Assembly (NCBI GenBank): GCA_964016885.1
Contig: OZ024740.1
Location: 8,184,001 to 8,248,000, forward strand
Direction: 5' to 3'
DNA: 64,000 nt
From: Eledone cirrhosa
Taxonomy: Eukaryota
Of the stretch, positions 1-14,430 are shown piece by piece. The translations under genes and the position numbers were made by a program. The notes beneath the pieces were generated by a model, which did no database searches, was not told the origin of the DNA, and saw only the letters and a program-made list of their open reading frames with translations. How positions within the stretch are numbered: position 1 is the first letter of the stretch; every line of letters begins with the position of its first letter.

Positions 1-3000
1 ATATCAGTTTCGACTGGTATGTCAGTTTCGATTGGTATATCAGTTTCTATTGGTATGTCAGTTTCTATTGGTATATCAGTTTCGATTGGTATATCTGTTT
101 CGATTAGTATGTCAGTTTCTATTGCTATGTTAGTTTCGATTAGTATATCAGTTTCTATTGGTATGTCAGTTTCGATCGGTATGTCAGTTTCTATTGATAT
201 ATCAGTTTTGATTGGTATATCAGTTTCGATTGGTATATCAATTTCGATTGGTATGTCAGTTTCTATTGGTATATCAGTTTCTATTGGTATGTCAGTTTTG
301 ATTGGTATGTCAGTTTCGATTGGTATGTCAGTTTTGATTGGTATATCAGTTTCGATTGGTATGTCAGTTTCGATTAATATGTCAATTTCGATTGGTATGT
401 CAGTTTCGATTGGTATGTCAGTCTCGATTGGTATATCAGTTTCGATTGGTATGTCAATTTTGATTGGTATATCAGTTTCGATTAGTATGTCAGTTTCTAT
501 TGGTATGTTAGTTTCGATTAGTATATCACTTTCTATCGGTATGTCAGTTTCGATTGGTATGTCAGTTTTGTTTGGTATGTCAGTTTCGATTTGTATGTCA
601 GTTTTGCTTGGTATATCAGTTTCGATTGGTATGTCAGGTTCGATTGGTATGTTAGTTTCGATTGGTATTTCAGTTCCGATTGGTATGTCAGTTTTGATTG
701 GTATATCAGTTTCTATTGGTATATCAGTTTCGATTGGTATATCAGTTTCGATTGTTATATCAGTTTCGATTGGTATATCAGTTTCGACTGGTATGTCAGT
801 TTCGATTAGTATATCAGTTTCTATTGGTATGTCAGTTTCTATTGGTATATCAGTTTCGATTGGTATATCAGTTTCGATTGGTATTTCAGTTTCTATTGGT
901 ATGTCAGTTTCGATCGGTATGTCAGTTTCTATTGATATATCAGTTTTGATTGGTATATCAGTTTCGATTGGTATGTCAGTTTCGATTGGTATGTCAGTTT
1001 CGATTGGTATTTCAGTTCCGATTGGTATGTCAGTTTTGATTGGTATATCAGTTTCTATTGGTATGTTAGTTTCTATTGGTATATCAGTTTCGATTGGTAT
1101 ATCAGTTTCGTTTTGTATGTCAGTTTCTATTAGTGTGTTAGTTTCGATTAGTATATCAGTATCTATTAGTATGTCAGTTTCGATTGGTATGTCAGTTTTG
1201 ATTGGTATGTCAGTTTCGATTGGTATGTCAGTTTTGCTTGGTATATCAGTTTCGATTGGTATGTCAATTTCGATTAATATGTCAATTTCGATTGGTATAT
1301 CAGTTCCGATTGGTATGTCAGTTTCGATTGGTATGTCAGTTTCGATTGGTATATCAGTTTCGATTGGTATGTCAGTTTCGATTGGTATGTCAATTTCGAT
1401 TGGTATGTTAGTTTCTATTGATATATCATTTTCGATTGGTATATCAGTTTTGATTGGTATATCAGTTTCGATTGGTATATCAGTTTCTATAGGTATGTCA
1501 GTTTCTATTGGTATATCAGTTTCGATTGGTATGTCAGTTTCGATTAGTATATCAGTTTCTATAGGTATGTCAGTTTCTATTGGTATATCAGTTTCGATTG
1601 GTATATCAGTTTCGATTGTATGTCAGTTTCGATTGGTATATCAGTTTCTATTGGTATATCAGTTTCGAATGATATATCAGTTTCGATTAGTATGTCAGTT
1701 TCTACTGGTATGTCAGTTTGGATTGGTATGTCAGTTTCGATTGGTATGTCAGTTTCGATTGGTATGTCAATTTCGATTGGTATATCAGTTTCGATTAGTA
1801 TGTTAGTTTCTATTGGAATATCAGTTTCGATTGGTATATCAGTTTCGATAGGTATGTCAGTTTCTATTGGTATATCAGTTTCGATTAGTATAATCAGTTT
1901 CTATTGGTTTGTCAGTTTCTATTGGTATATCAGTTTCGATTAGTATGTCAGTTTCTATTGCTATGTTAGTTTCGATTAGTATATCAGTTTCTATTGGTAT
2001 GTCAGTTTCGATCGGTATGTCAGTTTCTATTGATATATCAGTTTTGATTGGTATATCAGTTTCGATTGATATATCAATTTCGATTGGTATGTCAGTTTCT
2101 ATTGGTATATCAGTTTCTATTGGTATGTCAGTTTTGATTGGTATGTCAGTTTCGATTGGTATGTCAGTTTTGATTGGTATATCAGTTTCGATTGGTATGT
2201 CAGTTTCGATTGGATTGTCAGTTTCGATTGGTATATCAGTTACTATTGGTATGTCAGTTTCGATTGGTATGTCAGTTTCGATTGGTATATCAGTTCCGAT
2301 TGGTATGTAAGTTTTGATTGGTATGTCAGTTTCGATTGGTATATCAGTTTCGATTGGTATATCAGTTTCGATTAGTATGTCAGTTTCTATTGCTATGTTA
2401 GTTTCAATTAGTATATCAGTTTCTATTGGTATGTCAGTTTCGATCGGTATGTCAGTTTCTATTGATATATCAGTTTTGATTGGTATATCAGTTTCGATTG
2501 GTATATCATTTTCGATTGGTATTTCAGTTTCTATTGGTATATCAGTTTCTATTGGTATGTCAGTTTTGATTGGTACGTCAGTTTCGATTGGTATGTCAGT
2601 TTTGATTGGTATAACAGTTTCGATTGGTATGTCAATTTCGATTAATATGTCAATTTCGATTGGTATATCAGTTCCGATTGGTATGTCAGTTTCGATTGGT
2701 ATGTCAGTTTCGATTGGTATGTCAGTTTCGATTAGTATGTCAGTTTCTATTGGTATGTTAGTTTCAATTAGTATATCACTTTATATTGGTATGTCAGTTT
2801 CGATTGGTATGTCTGTTTCTATTGATATATCAGTTTCGATTGGTATATCAGTTTTGATTGGTATATCAGTTTCGATTTGTATGTCAGTTTCTATTGGTAT
2901 ATCAGTTTCGATTGGTATATCAGTTTCGATTAGTATGTCAGTTTCTATTGGTATGTTAGTTTCGCTTAGTATATCAGTTTCTATTGGTATGTCAGTTTTG

Positions 3001-5550
3001 ATTAGTATATCAGTTTCGATTGGTATATCTGTTTCAATCGGTATGTCAATTTCTATTGGTATATCAGTTTCCATTGGTATGTCAGTTTTGATTGGTATAT
3101 CAGTTTCGATTGGTATGTCAGCTTCGATTGGTATGTCAGTTTCAATTGGTATATCAGTTCCGATTGGTATGTCAGTTTTGATTGGTATATCAGTTTCTAT
3201 TGGTATATCATTTTCGATTGGTATATCAGTTTCGATTGTTATATCAGTTTCGATTGGTATATCAGTTTCGACTGGTATGTCAGTTTCGATTGGTATATCA
3301 GTTTCTATTGGTATGTCAGTTTCTATTGGTATATCAGTTTCGATTGGTATATCTGTTTCGATTAGTATGTCAGTTTCTATTGCTATGTTAGTTTCGATTA
3401 GTATATCAGTTTCTATTGGTATGTCAGTTTCGATCGGTATGTCAGTTTCTATTGATATATCAGTTTTGATTGGTATATCAGTTTCGATTGGTATATCAAT
3501 TTCGATTGGTATGTCAGTTTCTATTGGTATATCAGTTTCTATTGGTATGTCAGTTTTGATTGTTATGTCAGTTTCGATTGGTATGTCAGTTTTGATTGGT
3601 ATATCAGTTTCGATTGGTATGTCAGTTTCGATTAATATGTCAATTTCGATTGGTATGTCAGTTTCGATTGGTATGTCAGTCTCGATTGGTATATCAGTTT
3701 CGATTGGTATGTCAATTTTGATTGGTATATCAGTTTCGATTAGTATGTCAGTTTCTATTGGTATGTTAGTTTCGATTAGTATATCACTTTCTATCGGTAT
3801 GTCAGTTTCGATTGGTATGTCAGTTTTGTTTGGTATGTCAGTTTCGATTGGTATGTCAGTTCTGCTTGGTATATCAGTTTCGATTGGTATGTCAGGTTCG
3901 ATTGGTATGTCAGTTTCGATTGGTATTTCAGTTCCGATTGGTATGTCAGTTTTGATTGGTATATCAGTTTCTATTGGTATATCAGTTTCGATTGGTATAT
4001 CAGTTTCGATTGTTATATCAGTTTCGATTGGTATATCAGTTTCGACTGGTATGTCAGTTTCGATTAGTATATCAGTTTCTATTGGTATGTCAGTTTCTAT
4101 TGGTATATCAGTTTCGATTGGTATATCAGTTTCGATTGGTATATCAGTTTCTATTGGTATGTCTGTTTCGATCGGTATGTCAGTTTCTATTGATATATCA
4201 GTTTTGATTGGTATATCAGTTTCGATTGGTATGTCAGTTTCGATTGGTATGTCAGTTTCGATTGGTATTTCAGTTCCGATTGGTATGTCAGTTTTGATTG
4301 GTATATCAGTTTCTATTGGTATATCAGTTTCGATTGGTATATCAGTTGCGATTGTTATATCAGTTTCGATTGGTATATCAGTTTCGACTGGTATGTCCGT
4401 TTCGATTAGTATATCAGTTTCTATTGGTATGTCAGTTTCTATTGGTATATCAGTTTCGATTGGTATATCAGTTTCGTTTTGTATGTCAGTTTCTATTAGT
4501 GTGTTAGTTTCGATTAGTATATCAGTATCTATTAGTATGTCAGTTTCGATTGGTATGTCAGTTTTGATTGGTATGTCAGTTTCGATTGGTATGTCAGTTT
4601 TGCTTGGTATATCAGTTTCGATTAGTATGTCAATTTCGATTTATATGTCAATTTCGAATGGTATATCAGTTCCGATTGGTATGTCAGTTTCGATTGGTAT
4701 GTCAGTTTCGATTGGTATATCAGTTTCGATTGGTATGTCAGTTTCGATTGGTATGTCAATTTCGATTGGTATGTTAGTTTCTATTGATATATCATTTTCG
4801 ATTGGTATATCAGTTTTGATTGGTATATCAGTTTCGATTGGTATATCAGTTTCTATAGGTATGTCAGTTTCTATTGGTATATCAGTTTCGATTGGTATGT
4901 CAGTTTCGATTAGTATATCAGTTTCTATAGGTATGTCAGTTTCTATTGGTATATCAGTTTCGATTGTATGTCAGTTTCGATTGGTATATCAGTTTCTATT
5001 GGTATATCAGTTTCGAATGATATATCAGTTCCGATTAGTATGTCAGTTTCTACTGGTATGTCAGTTTGGATTGGTATGTCAGTTTCGATTGGTATGTCAG
5101 TTTCGATTGGTATGTCAATTTCGATTGGTATATCAGTTTCGATTAGTATGTTAGTTTCTATTGGAATATCAGTTTCGATTGGTATATCAGTTTCGATAGG
5201 TATGTCAGTTTCTATTGGTATATCAGTTTCGATTAGTATAATCAGTTTCTATTGGTTTGTCAGTTTCTATTGGTATATCAGTTTCGATTAGTATGTCAGT
5301 TTCTATTGCTATGTTAGTTTCGATTAGTATATCAGTTTCTATTGGTATGTCAGTTTCGATCGGTATGTCAGTTTCTATTGATATATCAGTTTTGATTGGT
5401 ATATCAGTTTCGATTGATATATCAATTTCGATTGGTATGTCAGTTTCTATTGGTATATCAGTTTCTATTGGTATGTCAGTTTTGATTGGTATGTCAGTTT
5501 CGATTGGTATGTCAGTTTTGATTGGTATATCAGTATCGATTGGTATGTCA
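1..5550. repeat. Higher-order block duplication: about 1-2200 repeated at about 3259-5550 (offset 3258-3366 bp, 181-187 monomers)
   Basis: The same ordered rare variants occur in both copies: TCAGGTTCG, TTTTGCTTGG, ATTAGTGTGTTAG, a 17-bp monomer at 1618/4966 and a 19-bp monomer at 1893/5241. ORF-track pairs 698/3956 (3258), 1202/4568 (3366) and 1620/4968 (3348) all have offsets that are multiples of 18. Confidence 0.9.
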
Positions 5551-8500
5551 GTTTCGATTAATATGTCAATTTCGATTGGTATGTCAGTTTCGATTGGTAT
5601 GTCAGTCTCGATTGGTATATCAGTTTCGATTGGTATATCAGTTTCGACTGGTATGTCAGTTTCGATTAGTATATCAGTTTCTATTGGTATGTCAGTTTCT
5701 ATTGGTATATCAGTTTCGATTGGTATATCAGTTTCGATTGGTATATCAGTTTCTATTGGTATGTCAGTTTCGATCGGTATGTCAGTTTCTATTGATATAT
5801 CAGTTTTGATTGGTATATCAGTTTCGATTGGTATGTCAGTTTCGATTGGTATGTCAGTTTCGATTGGTATTTCAGTTCCGATTGGTATGTCAGTTTTGAT
5901 TGGTATATCAGTTTCGATTGGTATATCAGTTTCGACTGGTATGTCCGTTTCGATTAGTATATCAGTTTCTATTGGTATGTCTGTTTCTATTGGTATATCA
6001 ATTTCGATTGGTATATCAGTTTCGATTAGTATGTCAGTTTCTATTAGTGTGTTAGTTTCGATTAGTATATCAGTATCTATTAGTATGTCAGTTTCGATTG
6101 GTATGTCAGTTTCTATTCATATATCAGTTTCGATTAGTATATCATTTTCTATAGGTATGTCAGTTTCTATTGGTATATAAGTTTCGATTGGTATATCAGT
6201 TCCGATGGTATGTCAGTTTCGATTGGTATATCAGTTTCTATTGGTATATCAGTTTCGATTAGTATGTCAGTTTCTACTGGTATGTCAGTTTGGATTGGTA
6301 TGTCAGTTTCGATTGGTATGTCAGTTTCGATTGGTATGTCAATTTCGATTGGTATATCAGTTTCGATTAGTATGTTAGTTTCTATTGGAATATCAGTTTC
6401 GATTGGTATATCAGTTTCGATTCGTATGTCAGTTTCTATTGGTATATCAGTTTCGACCAGTATATCAGTTTCGATTAGTATAATCAGTTTCTATTGGTTT
6501 GTCAGTTTCTATTGGTATATCAGTTTCGATTAGTATGTCAGTTTCTATTGGTATGTTAGTTTCGCTTAGTATATCAGTTTCTATTGGTATGTCAGTTTCG
6601 ATCGGTATGTCAGTTTCTATTGATATATCAGTTTTGATTGGTATATCAGTTTCCATTGGTATATCAATTTCGATTGGTATGTCAGTTTCTATTGGTATAT
6701 CAGTTTCTATTGGTATGTCAGTTTTGATTGGTATGTCAGTTTCGATTGGTATGTCAATTTTGATTGGTACATCAGTTTAGATTGGTATGTCAGTTTCGAT
6801 TAATATGTCAATTTCGATTGGTATGTCAGTTTCGATTGGTATGTCAGTCTCGATTGGTATATCAGTTTCGATTGGTATGTCAATTTCGATTGGTATATCA
6901 GTTTCGATTAGTATGTCAGTTTCTATTGGTATGTTAGTTTCGATTAGTATATCACTTTCTATTGGTATGTCAGTTTCGATTGGTATGTCTGTTTCTATTG
7001 ATATATCTGTTTTGATTGGTATATCAGTTTTGATTGGTATATCAGTTTCGATAGGTATGTCAGTTGCTATTGGTATGTCAGTCTCGATTGGTATATCAGT
7101 TTCGATTAGTATGTCAGTTTCTATTGGTATGTTAGTTTCGCTTAGTATATCAGTTTCTATTGGTATGTCAGTTTCGATCGGTATGTCATTTTCTATTGAT
7201 ATATCAGTTTTGATTGGTATATCAGTTTCGATTGGTATATCAGTTTCGATTGGTGTGTCAATTTCTATTGGTATATCAGTTTCCATTGGTATGTCAGTTT
7301 TGATTGGTATATCAGTTTCGATTGGTATGTCAGTTTCGATTGGTATGTCAGTTTCGATTGGTATTTCAGTTCCGATTGGTATGTCAGTTTTGATTGGTAT
7401 ATCAGTTTCTATTGGTATATCAGTTTCGATTGGTATATCAGTTTCGATTGTTATATCAGTTTCGATTGGTATATCAATTTCGACTGGTATGTCAGTTTCG
7501 ATTAGTATATCAGTTTCTATTGGTATGTCAGTTTCTATTGGTATATTAGTTTCGATTGGTATATCAGTTTCGATTAGTATGTCAGTTTCTATTAGTATGT
7601 TAGTTTCGATTAGTATATCAGTATCTATTAGTATGTCAGTCTCGATTGGTATGTCAGTTTCTATTCATATATCAGTTTCGATTGGTATATCAGTTTCGAT
7701 TGGTATATCAGTTTCGATTGGTATGTCAGTTTCCATTGGTATATCAGTTTCTATTGGTATGTCAGTTTTGATTGGTATATCAGTTTCGATTGGTATGTCA
7801 GTTTCGATTGGATTGTCAGTTTCGATTGGTATATCAGTTCCGATTTGTATGTAAGTTTTGATTGGTATATCACTTTCGATTGGTATATCAGTTTCGATTA
7901 GTATGCCAGTTTCTATTGCTATGTTTGTTTCAATTAGTATATCAGTTTCTATTGGTATGTCAGTTTCGATCGGTATGTCAGTTTCTATTGATATGTCAGT
8001 TTTGATTGGTATATCATTTTCGATTGGTATTTCAGTTTCTATTGGTATATCAGTTTCTATTGGTATGTCAGTTTTGATTGGTATGTCAGTTTCGATTGGT
8101 ATGTCAGTTTTGATTGGTATAACAGTTTCGATTGGTATGTCAATTTCGATTAATATGTCAATTTCGTTTGGTATATCAGTTCCGATTGGTATGTCAGTTT
8201 CGATTGGTATATCAGTTTCGATTGGTATATCAGTTTCGATTGGTATGTCAGTTTCGATTGGTATGTCAATTTCGATTGGTATATCAATTTCGATTAGTAT
8301 GTCAGTTTCTATTGGTATGTTAGTTTCAATTAGTATATCACTTTATATTGGTATGTCAGTTTTGATTGGTATGTCTGTTTCTATTGATATATCAGTTTCG
8401 ATTGGTATATCAGTTTTGATTGGTATATCAGTTTCGATTGGTATGTCAGTTTCTATTGGTATATCAGTTTCGATTGGTATATCAGTTTCGATTAGTATGT

Positions 8501-9639
8501 CAGTTTCTATTGGTATGTTAGTTTCGCTTAGTATATCAGTTTCTATTGGTATGTCAGTTTCTATTGGTATGTCAGTTTTGATTGGTATGTCAGTTTCGAT
8601 TGGTATGTCAATTTTGATTGGTATATCAGTTTCGATTGGTATGTCAGTTTCGATTAATATGTCAATTTCGATTGGTATGTCAGTTTCGATTGGTATGTCA
8701 GTCTCGATCGGTATATCAGTTTCGATTGGTATGTCAATTTCGATTGGTATATCAGTTTCGATTAGTATATCAGTTTCGATTGGTATATCAGTTTCTATTG
8801 GTATGTCAGTTTCGATCGGTATGTCAGTTTCTATTGATATATCAGTTTTGATTGGTATATCAGTTTCAATTGGTATGTCAGTTTCGATTGGTATGTCAGT
8901 TTCGATTGGTATTTCAGTTCCGATTGGTATGTTAGTTTTGATTGGTATATCAGTTTCTATTGGTATATCAGTTTCGATTGGTATATCAGTTTCGATTGTT
9001 ATGTAAGTTTCGATTGGTATATCAGTTTCGACTGGTATGTCCGTTTCAATTAGTATATCAGTTTCTATTGGTATGTCAGTTTCTATTAGTATATCAGTTT
9101 CGATTGGTATATCAGTTTCGATTAGTATATCAGTATCTATTAGTATGTCAGTTTCGATTGGTATGTCAGTTTCTATTCATATATCAGTTTCGATTGGTAT
9201 ATCAGTTTCGCTTGGTATATCAGTTTCGATTGGTATGTCAGTTTCTATTGGTATATCAGTTTCTATTGGTATGTCAGTTTCTATTGGTATATCAGTTCCG
9301 ATTGGTATGTAAGTTTTGATTGGTATGTCTGTTTCGATTGGTATATCAGTTTCGATTGGTATGTCAATGTTAATTAGTATATCAGTTTCTATGGGTATAT
9401 CAGTTTCGATTGGTATGTCAGTTTCGATTAGTATATCAATTTCTATAGGTATTTCAGTTTCTATTGGTATATCAGTTTCGATTGGTATATCAGTTTCGAA
9501 TGATATATTAGTTTCGATTAGTATGTCAGTTTCTACTGGTATGTCAGTTTGGATTGGTATGTCAGTTTCGATTGGTATGTCAGTTTCGATTGGTATATCA
9601 GTTTATATTGGTATGTCAGTTTTGATTGGTATGTCAGTT

Positions 9640-12600
9640 TCTATTGGTATGTCAGTCTCGATTGGTAAATCAGTTTCGATTGGTATGTCAATTTCGATTG
9701 GTATATCAGTTTCGATTAGTATGTCAGTTTCTATTGGTATGTTAGTTTCGATTAGTATATCACTTTCTATTGGTATGTCAGTTTCGATTGGTTTGTCTGT
9801 TTCTATTGATATATCAGTTTCGATTGGTATATCAGTTTTGATTTGTATATCAGTTTCGATAGGTATGTCAGTTTCTATTGGTATGTCAGTCTCGATTGGT
9901 ATATCAGTTTCGATTAGTATGTCAGTTTCTATTGGTATGTTAGTTTCGCTTAGTATATCAGTTTCTATTGGTATGTCAGTTTTGATTGGTATATCAGTTT
10001 TGATTGGTATATCAGTTTCGATTGGTATGTCAATTTCTATTGGTATATCAGTTTCCATTGGTATGTCAGTTTTGATTGGTATATCAGTTTCGATTGGTCT
10101 GTCAGTTTCGATTGGTATGTCAGTTTCGATTGGTATTTCAGTTCCGATTGGTATGTCAGTTTTGATTGGTATATCAGTTTCTATTGGTATATCAGTTTCG
10201 ATTGGTATATCAGTTTCGATTGTTATATCAGTTTCGATTGGTATATCAATTTCGACTGGTATGTCAGTCTCGATTAGTATATCAGTTTCTATTGGTATGT
10301 CAGTTTCTATTGGTATATCAGTTTCGATTGGTATATCAGTTTCGATTAGTATGTCAGTTTCTATTAGTATGTTAGTTTCGATTAGTATATCAGTATCTAT
10401 TAGTATGTCAGTCTCGATTGGTATGTCAGTTTCTATTCATATATCAGTTTCGATTGGTATATCAGTTTCGATTGGTATATCAGTTTCGATTGGTATGTCA
10501 GTTTCCATTGGTATATCAGTTTCTATTGGTATGTCAGTTTTGATTGGTATATCAGTTTCGATTGGTATGTCAGTTTCGATTGGATTGTCAGTTTCGATTG
10601 GTATATCAGTTCCGATTGGTATGTCAGTTTCGATTGGTATGACAGTTTCGATTGGTATATCAGTTCCGATTGGTATGTAAGTTTTGATTGGTATGTCAGT
10701 TTCGATTGGTATACCAGTTTCGATTGGTATATCAGTTTCGATTAGTATGTCAGTTTCTATTGCTATGTTAGTTTCAATTAGTATATCAGTTTCTATTGGT
10801 ATGTCAGTTTCGATCGGTATGTCAGTTTCTATTGATATATCAGTTTTGATTGGTATATCAGTTTCGATTGGTATATCATTTTCGATTGGTATTTCAGTTT
10901 CTATTGATATATCAGTTTCTATTGGTATGTCAGTTTTGATTGGTATGTCAGTTTCTATTGGTATGTCAGTTTTGATTGGTATAACAGTTTCGATTGGTAT
11001 GTCAATTTTGATTAATATGTCAATTTCGATTGGTATATCAGTTCCGATTGGTATGTCAGTTTCGATTGGTATGTCAGTTTCGATTGGTATATCAGTTTCG
11101 ATTGGTATATCAGTTTCGATTGGTATGTCAATTTCGATTGGTATATCAGTTTCGATTAGTATGTCAGTTTCTATTGGTATGTTAGTTTCAATTAGTATAT
11201 CACTTTATATTGGTATGTCAGTTTCGATTGGTATGTCTGTTTCTATTGATATATCAGTTTCTATTGGTATATCAGTTTCGATTGGTATATCAGTTTCGAT
11301 TAGTATGTCAGTTAATATTGGTATGTTAGTTTCGCTTAGTATATCAGTTTCTATTGGTATGTCAGTTTCGATCGGTATGTCAGTTTCTATTGATATATCA
11401 GTTTTGATTGGTATATCAGTTTCGATTGGTATATCTGTTTCAATTGGTATGTCAATTTCTATTGGTATATCAGTTTCCATTGGTATGTCAGTTTTGATTG
11501 GTATATCAGTTTTGATTTGTATGTCAGCTTCGATTGGTATGTCAGTTTTGATTGGTATATCAGTTCCGATTGGTATGTCAGTTTTGATTGGTATATCAGT
11601 TTCTATTGGTATATCATTTTCGATTGGTATATCAGTTTCGATTGTTATATCAGTTTCGATTGGTATATCAGTTTCGACTGGTATGTCAGTTTCGATTGGT
11701 ATATAAGTTTCTATTGGTATGTCAGTTTCTATTGGTATATCAGTTTCGATTGGTATATCAGTTTCGATTAGTATGTCAGTTTCTATTAGTATGTCAGTTT
11801 CGATTAGTATGTCAGTTTCTATTGGTATGTTAGTTTCAATTAGTATATCACTTTATATTGGTATGTCAGTTTCGATTGGTATGTCTGTTTCTATTGATAT
11901 ATCAGTTTCGATTGGTATATCAGTTTTGATTTGTATATCAGTTTCGATTGGTATGTCAGTTTCTATTGGTATATCAGTTTCGCTTGGTATATCAGTTTCG
12001 ATTAGAATGTCAGTTTCTATTGGTATGTTAGTTTCGCTTAGTATATCAGTTTCTATTGGTATGTCAGTTTCGATCGGTATGTCAGTTTCTATTGATATAT
12101 CAGTTTCGATTGGTATATCAGTTTCTATTGGTATGTCAGTTTTGATTGGTATGTCAGTTTCGATTGGTATGTCAATTTTGATTGGTATATCAGTTTCGAT
12201 TGGTATGTCAGTTTCGATTAATATGTCAATTTCGATTGGTATGTCAGTTTCGATTGGTATGTCAGTCTCGATTGGTAAATCAGTTTCGATTGGTATGTCA
12301 ATTTCGATTGGTATATCAATTTCGATTAGTATGTCAGTTTCTATTGGTATGTTAGTTTCGATTAGTATATCACTTTCTATTGGTATGTCAGTTTCGATTG
12401 GTATGTCTGTTTCTATTGATATATCAGTTTCGATTGGTATATCAGTTTTGATTGGTATATCAGTTTCGATAGGTATGTCAGTTTCTATTGGTATGTCAGT
12501 CTCGATTGGTATATCAGTTTCGATTAGTATGTCAGTTTCTATTGGTATGTTAGTTTCGCTTAGTATATCAGTTTCTATTGGTATGTCAGTTTTGATTGGT

Positions 12601-14430
12601 ATATCAGTTTCGATTGGTATATCAGTTTCGATTGGTATGTCAATTTCTATTGGTATATTAGTTTCCATTGGTATGTCAGTTTTGATTGGTATATCAGTTT
12701 CGATTGGTCTGTCAGTTTCGATTGGTATGTCAGTTTCGATTGGTATTTCAGTTCCGATTGGTATGTCAGTTTTGATTGGTATATCAGTTTCTATTGGTAT
12801 ATCAGTTTCGATTGGTATATCAGTTTCGATTGTTATATCAGTTTCGATTGGTATATCAATTTCGACTGGTATGTCAGTTTCGATTAGTATATCAGTTTCT
12901 ATTGGTATGTCAGTTTCTATTGGTATATCAGTTTCGATTGGTATATCAGTTTCGATTAGTATGTCAGTTTCTATTAGTATGTTAGTTTCGATTAGTATAT
13001 CAGTATCTATTAGTATGTCAGTCTCGATTGGTATGTCAGTTTCTATTCATATATCAGTTTCGATTGGTATATCAGTTTCGATTGGTATATCAGTTTCGAT
13101 TGGTATGTTAGTTTCCATTGGTATATCAGTTTCTATTGGTATGTCAATTTTGATTGGTATATCAGTTTCGATTGGTATGTCAGTTTCGATTGGATTGTCA
13201 GTTTCGATTGGTATATCAGTTCCGATTGGTCTGTCAGTTTCGATTGGTATGACAGTTTCGATTGGTATATCAGTTTCGATTGGTATATCAGTTTCGATTA
13301 GTATGTCAGTTTCTATTGCTATGTTAGTTTCAATTAGTATATCAGTTTCTATTGGTATGTCAGTTTCGATCGGTATGTCAGTTTCTATTGATATATCAGT
13401 TTTGATTGGTATATCAGTTTCGATTGGTATATCATTTTCGATTGGTATTTCAGTTTCTATTGGTATATCAGTTTCTATTGGTATGTCAGTTTTGATTGGT
13501 ATGTCAGTTTCTATTGGTATGTCAGTTTTGATTGGTATAACAGTTTCGATTGGTATGTCAATTTTGATTAATATGTCAATTTCGATTGGTATATCAGTTC
13601 CGATTGGTATGTCAGTTTCGATTGGTATGTCAGTTTCGATTGGTATATCAGTTTCGATTGGTATATCAGTTTCGATTGGTATGTCAATTTCGATTGGTAT
13701 ATCAGTTTCGATTAGTATGTCAGTTTCTATTGGTATGTTAGTTTCAATTAGTATATCACTTTATATTGGTATGTCAGTTTCGATTGGTATGTCTGTTTCT
13801 ATTGATATATCAGTTTCTATTGGTATATCAGTTTCGATTGGTATATCAGTTTCGATTAGTATGTCAGTTAATATTGGTATGTTAGTTTCGCTTAGTATAT
13901 CAGTTTCTATTGGTATGTCAGTTTCGATCGGTATGTCAGTTTCTATTGATATATCAGTTTTGATTGGTATATCAGTTTCGATTGGTATATCTGTTTCAAT
14001 TGGTATGTCAATTTCTATTGGTATATCAGTTTCCATTGGTATGTCAGTTTTGATTGGTATATCAGTTTTGATTTGTATGTCAGCTTCGATTGGTATGTCA
14101 GTTTTGATTGATATATCAGTTCCGATTGGTATGTCAGTTTTGATTGGTATATCAGTTTCTATTGGTATATCATTTTCGATTGGTATATCACTTTCGATTG
14201 TTATATCAGTTTCGATTGGTATATCAGTTTCGACTGGTATGTCAGTTTCGATTGGTATATAAGTTTCTATTGGTATGTCAGTTTCTATTGGTATATCAGT
14301 TTCGATTGGTATATCAGTTTCGATTAGTATGTCAGTTTCTATTAGTATGTCAGTTTCGATTAGTATGTCAGTTTCTATTGGTATGTTAGTTTCAATTAGT
14401 ATATCACTTTATATTGGTATGTCAGTTTCG
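9640..14430. repeat. Higher-order near-tandem duplication, period 2556-2610 bp (142-145 monomers)
   Basis: Shared ordered markers GGTAAATCAG, GGTCTGTCAG, GGATTGTCAG, ATGACAG, GTTAATATTGG and ATATAAG. ORF pairs 10166/12776 (2610), 11205/13761 and 11588/14144 (2556). Confidence 0.88.

Noticed and set aside
591-949. Short VYQFRL and YISFDW repeat ORFs, here and throughout the window
   Set aside because: They are alternative-frame translations of the same satellite monomer.
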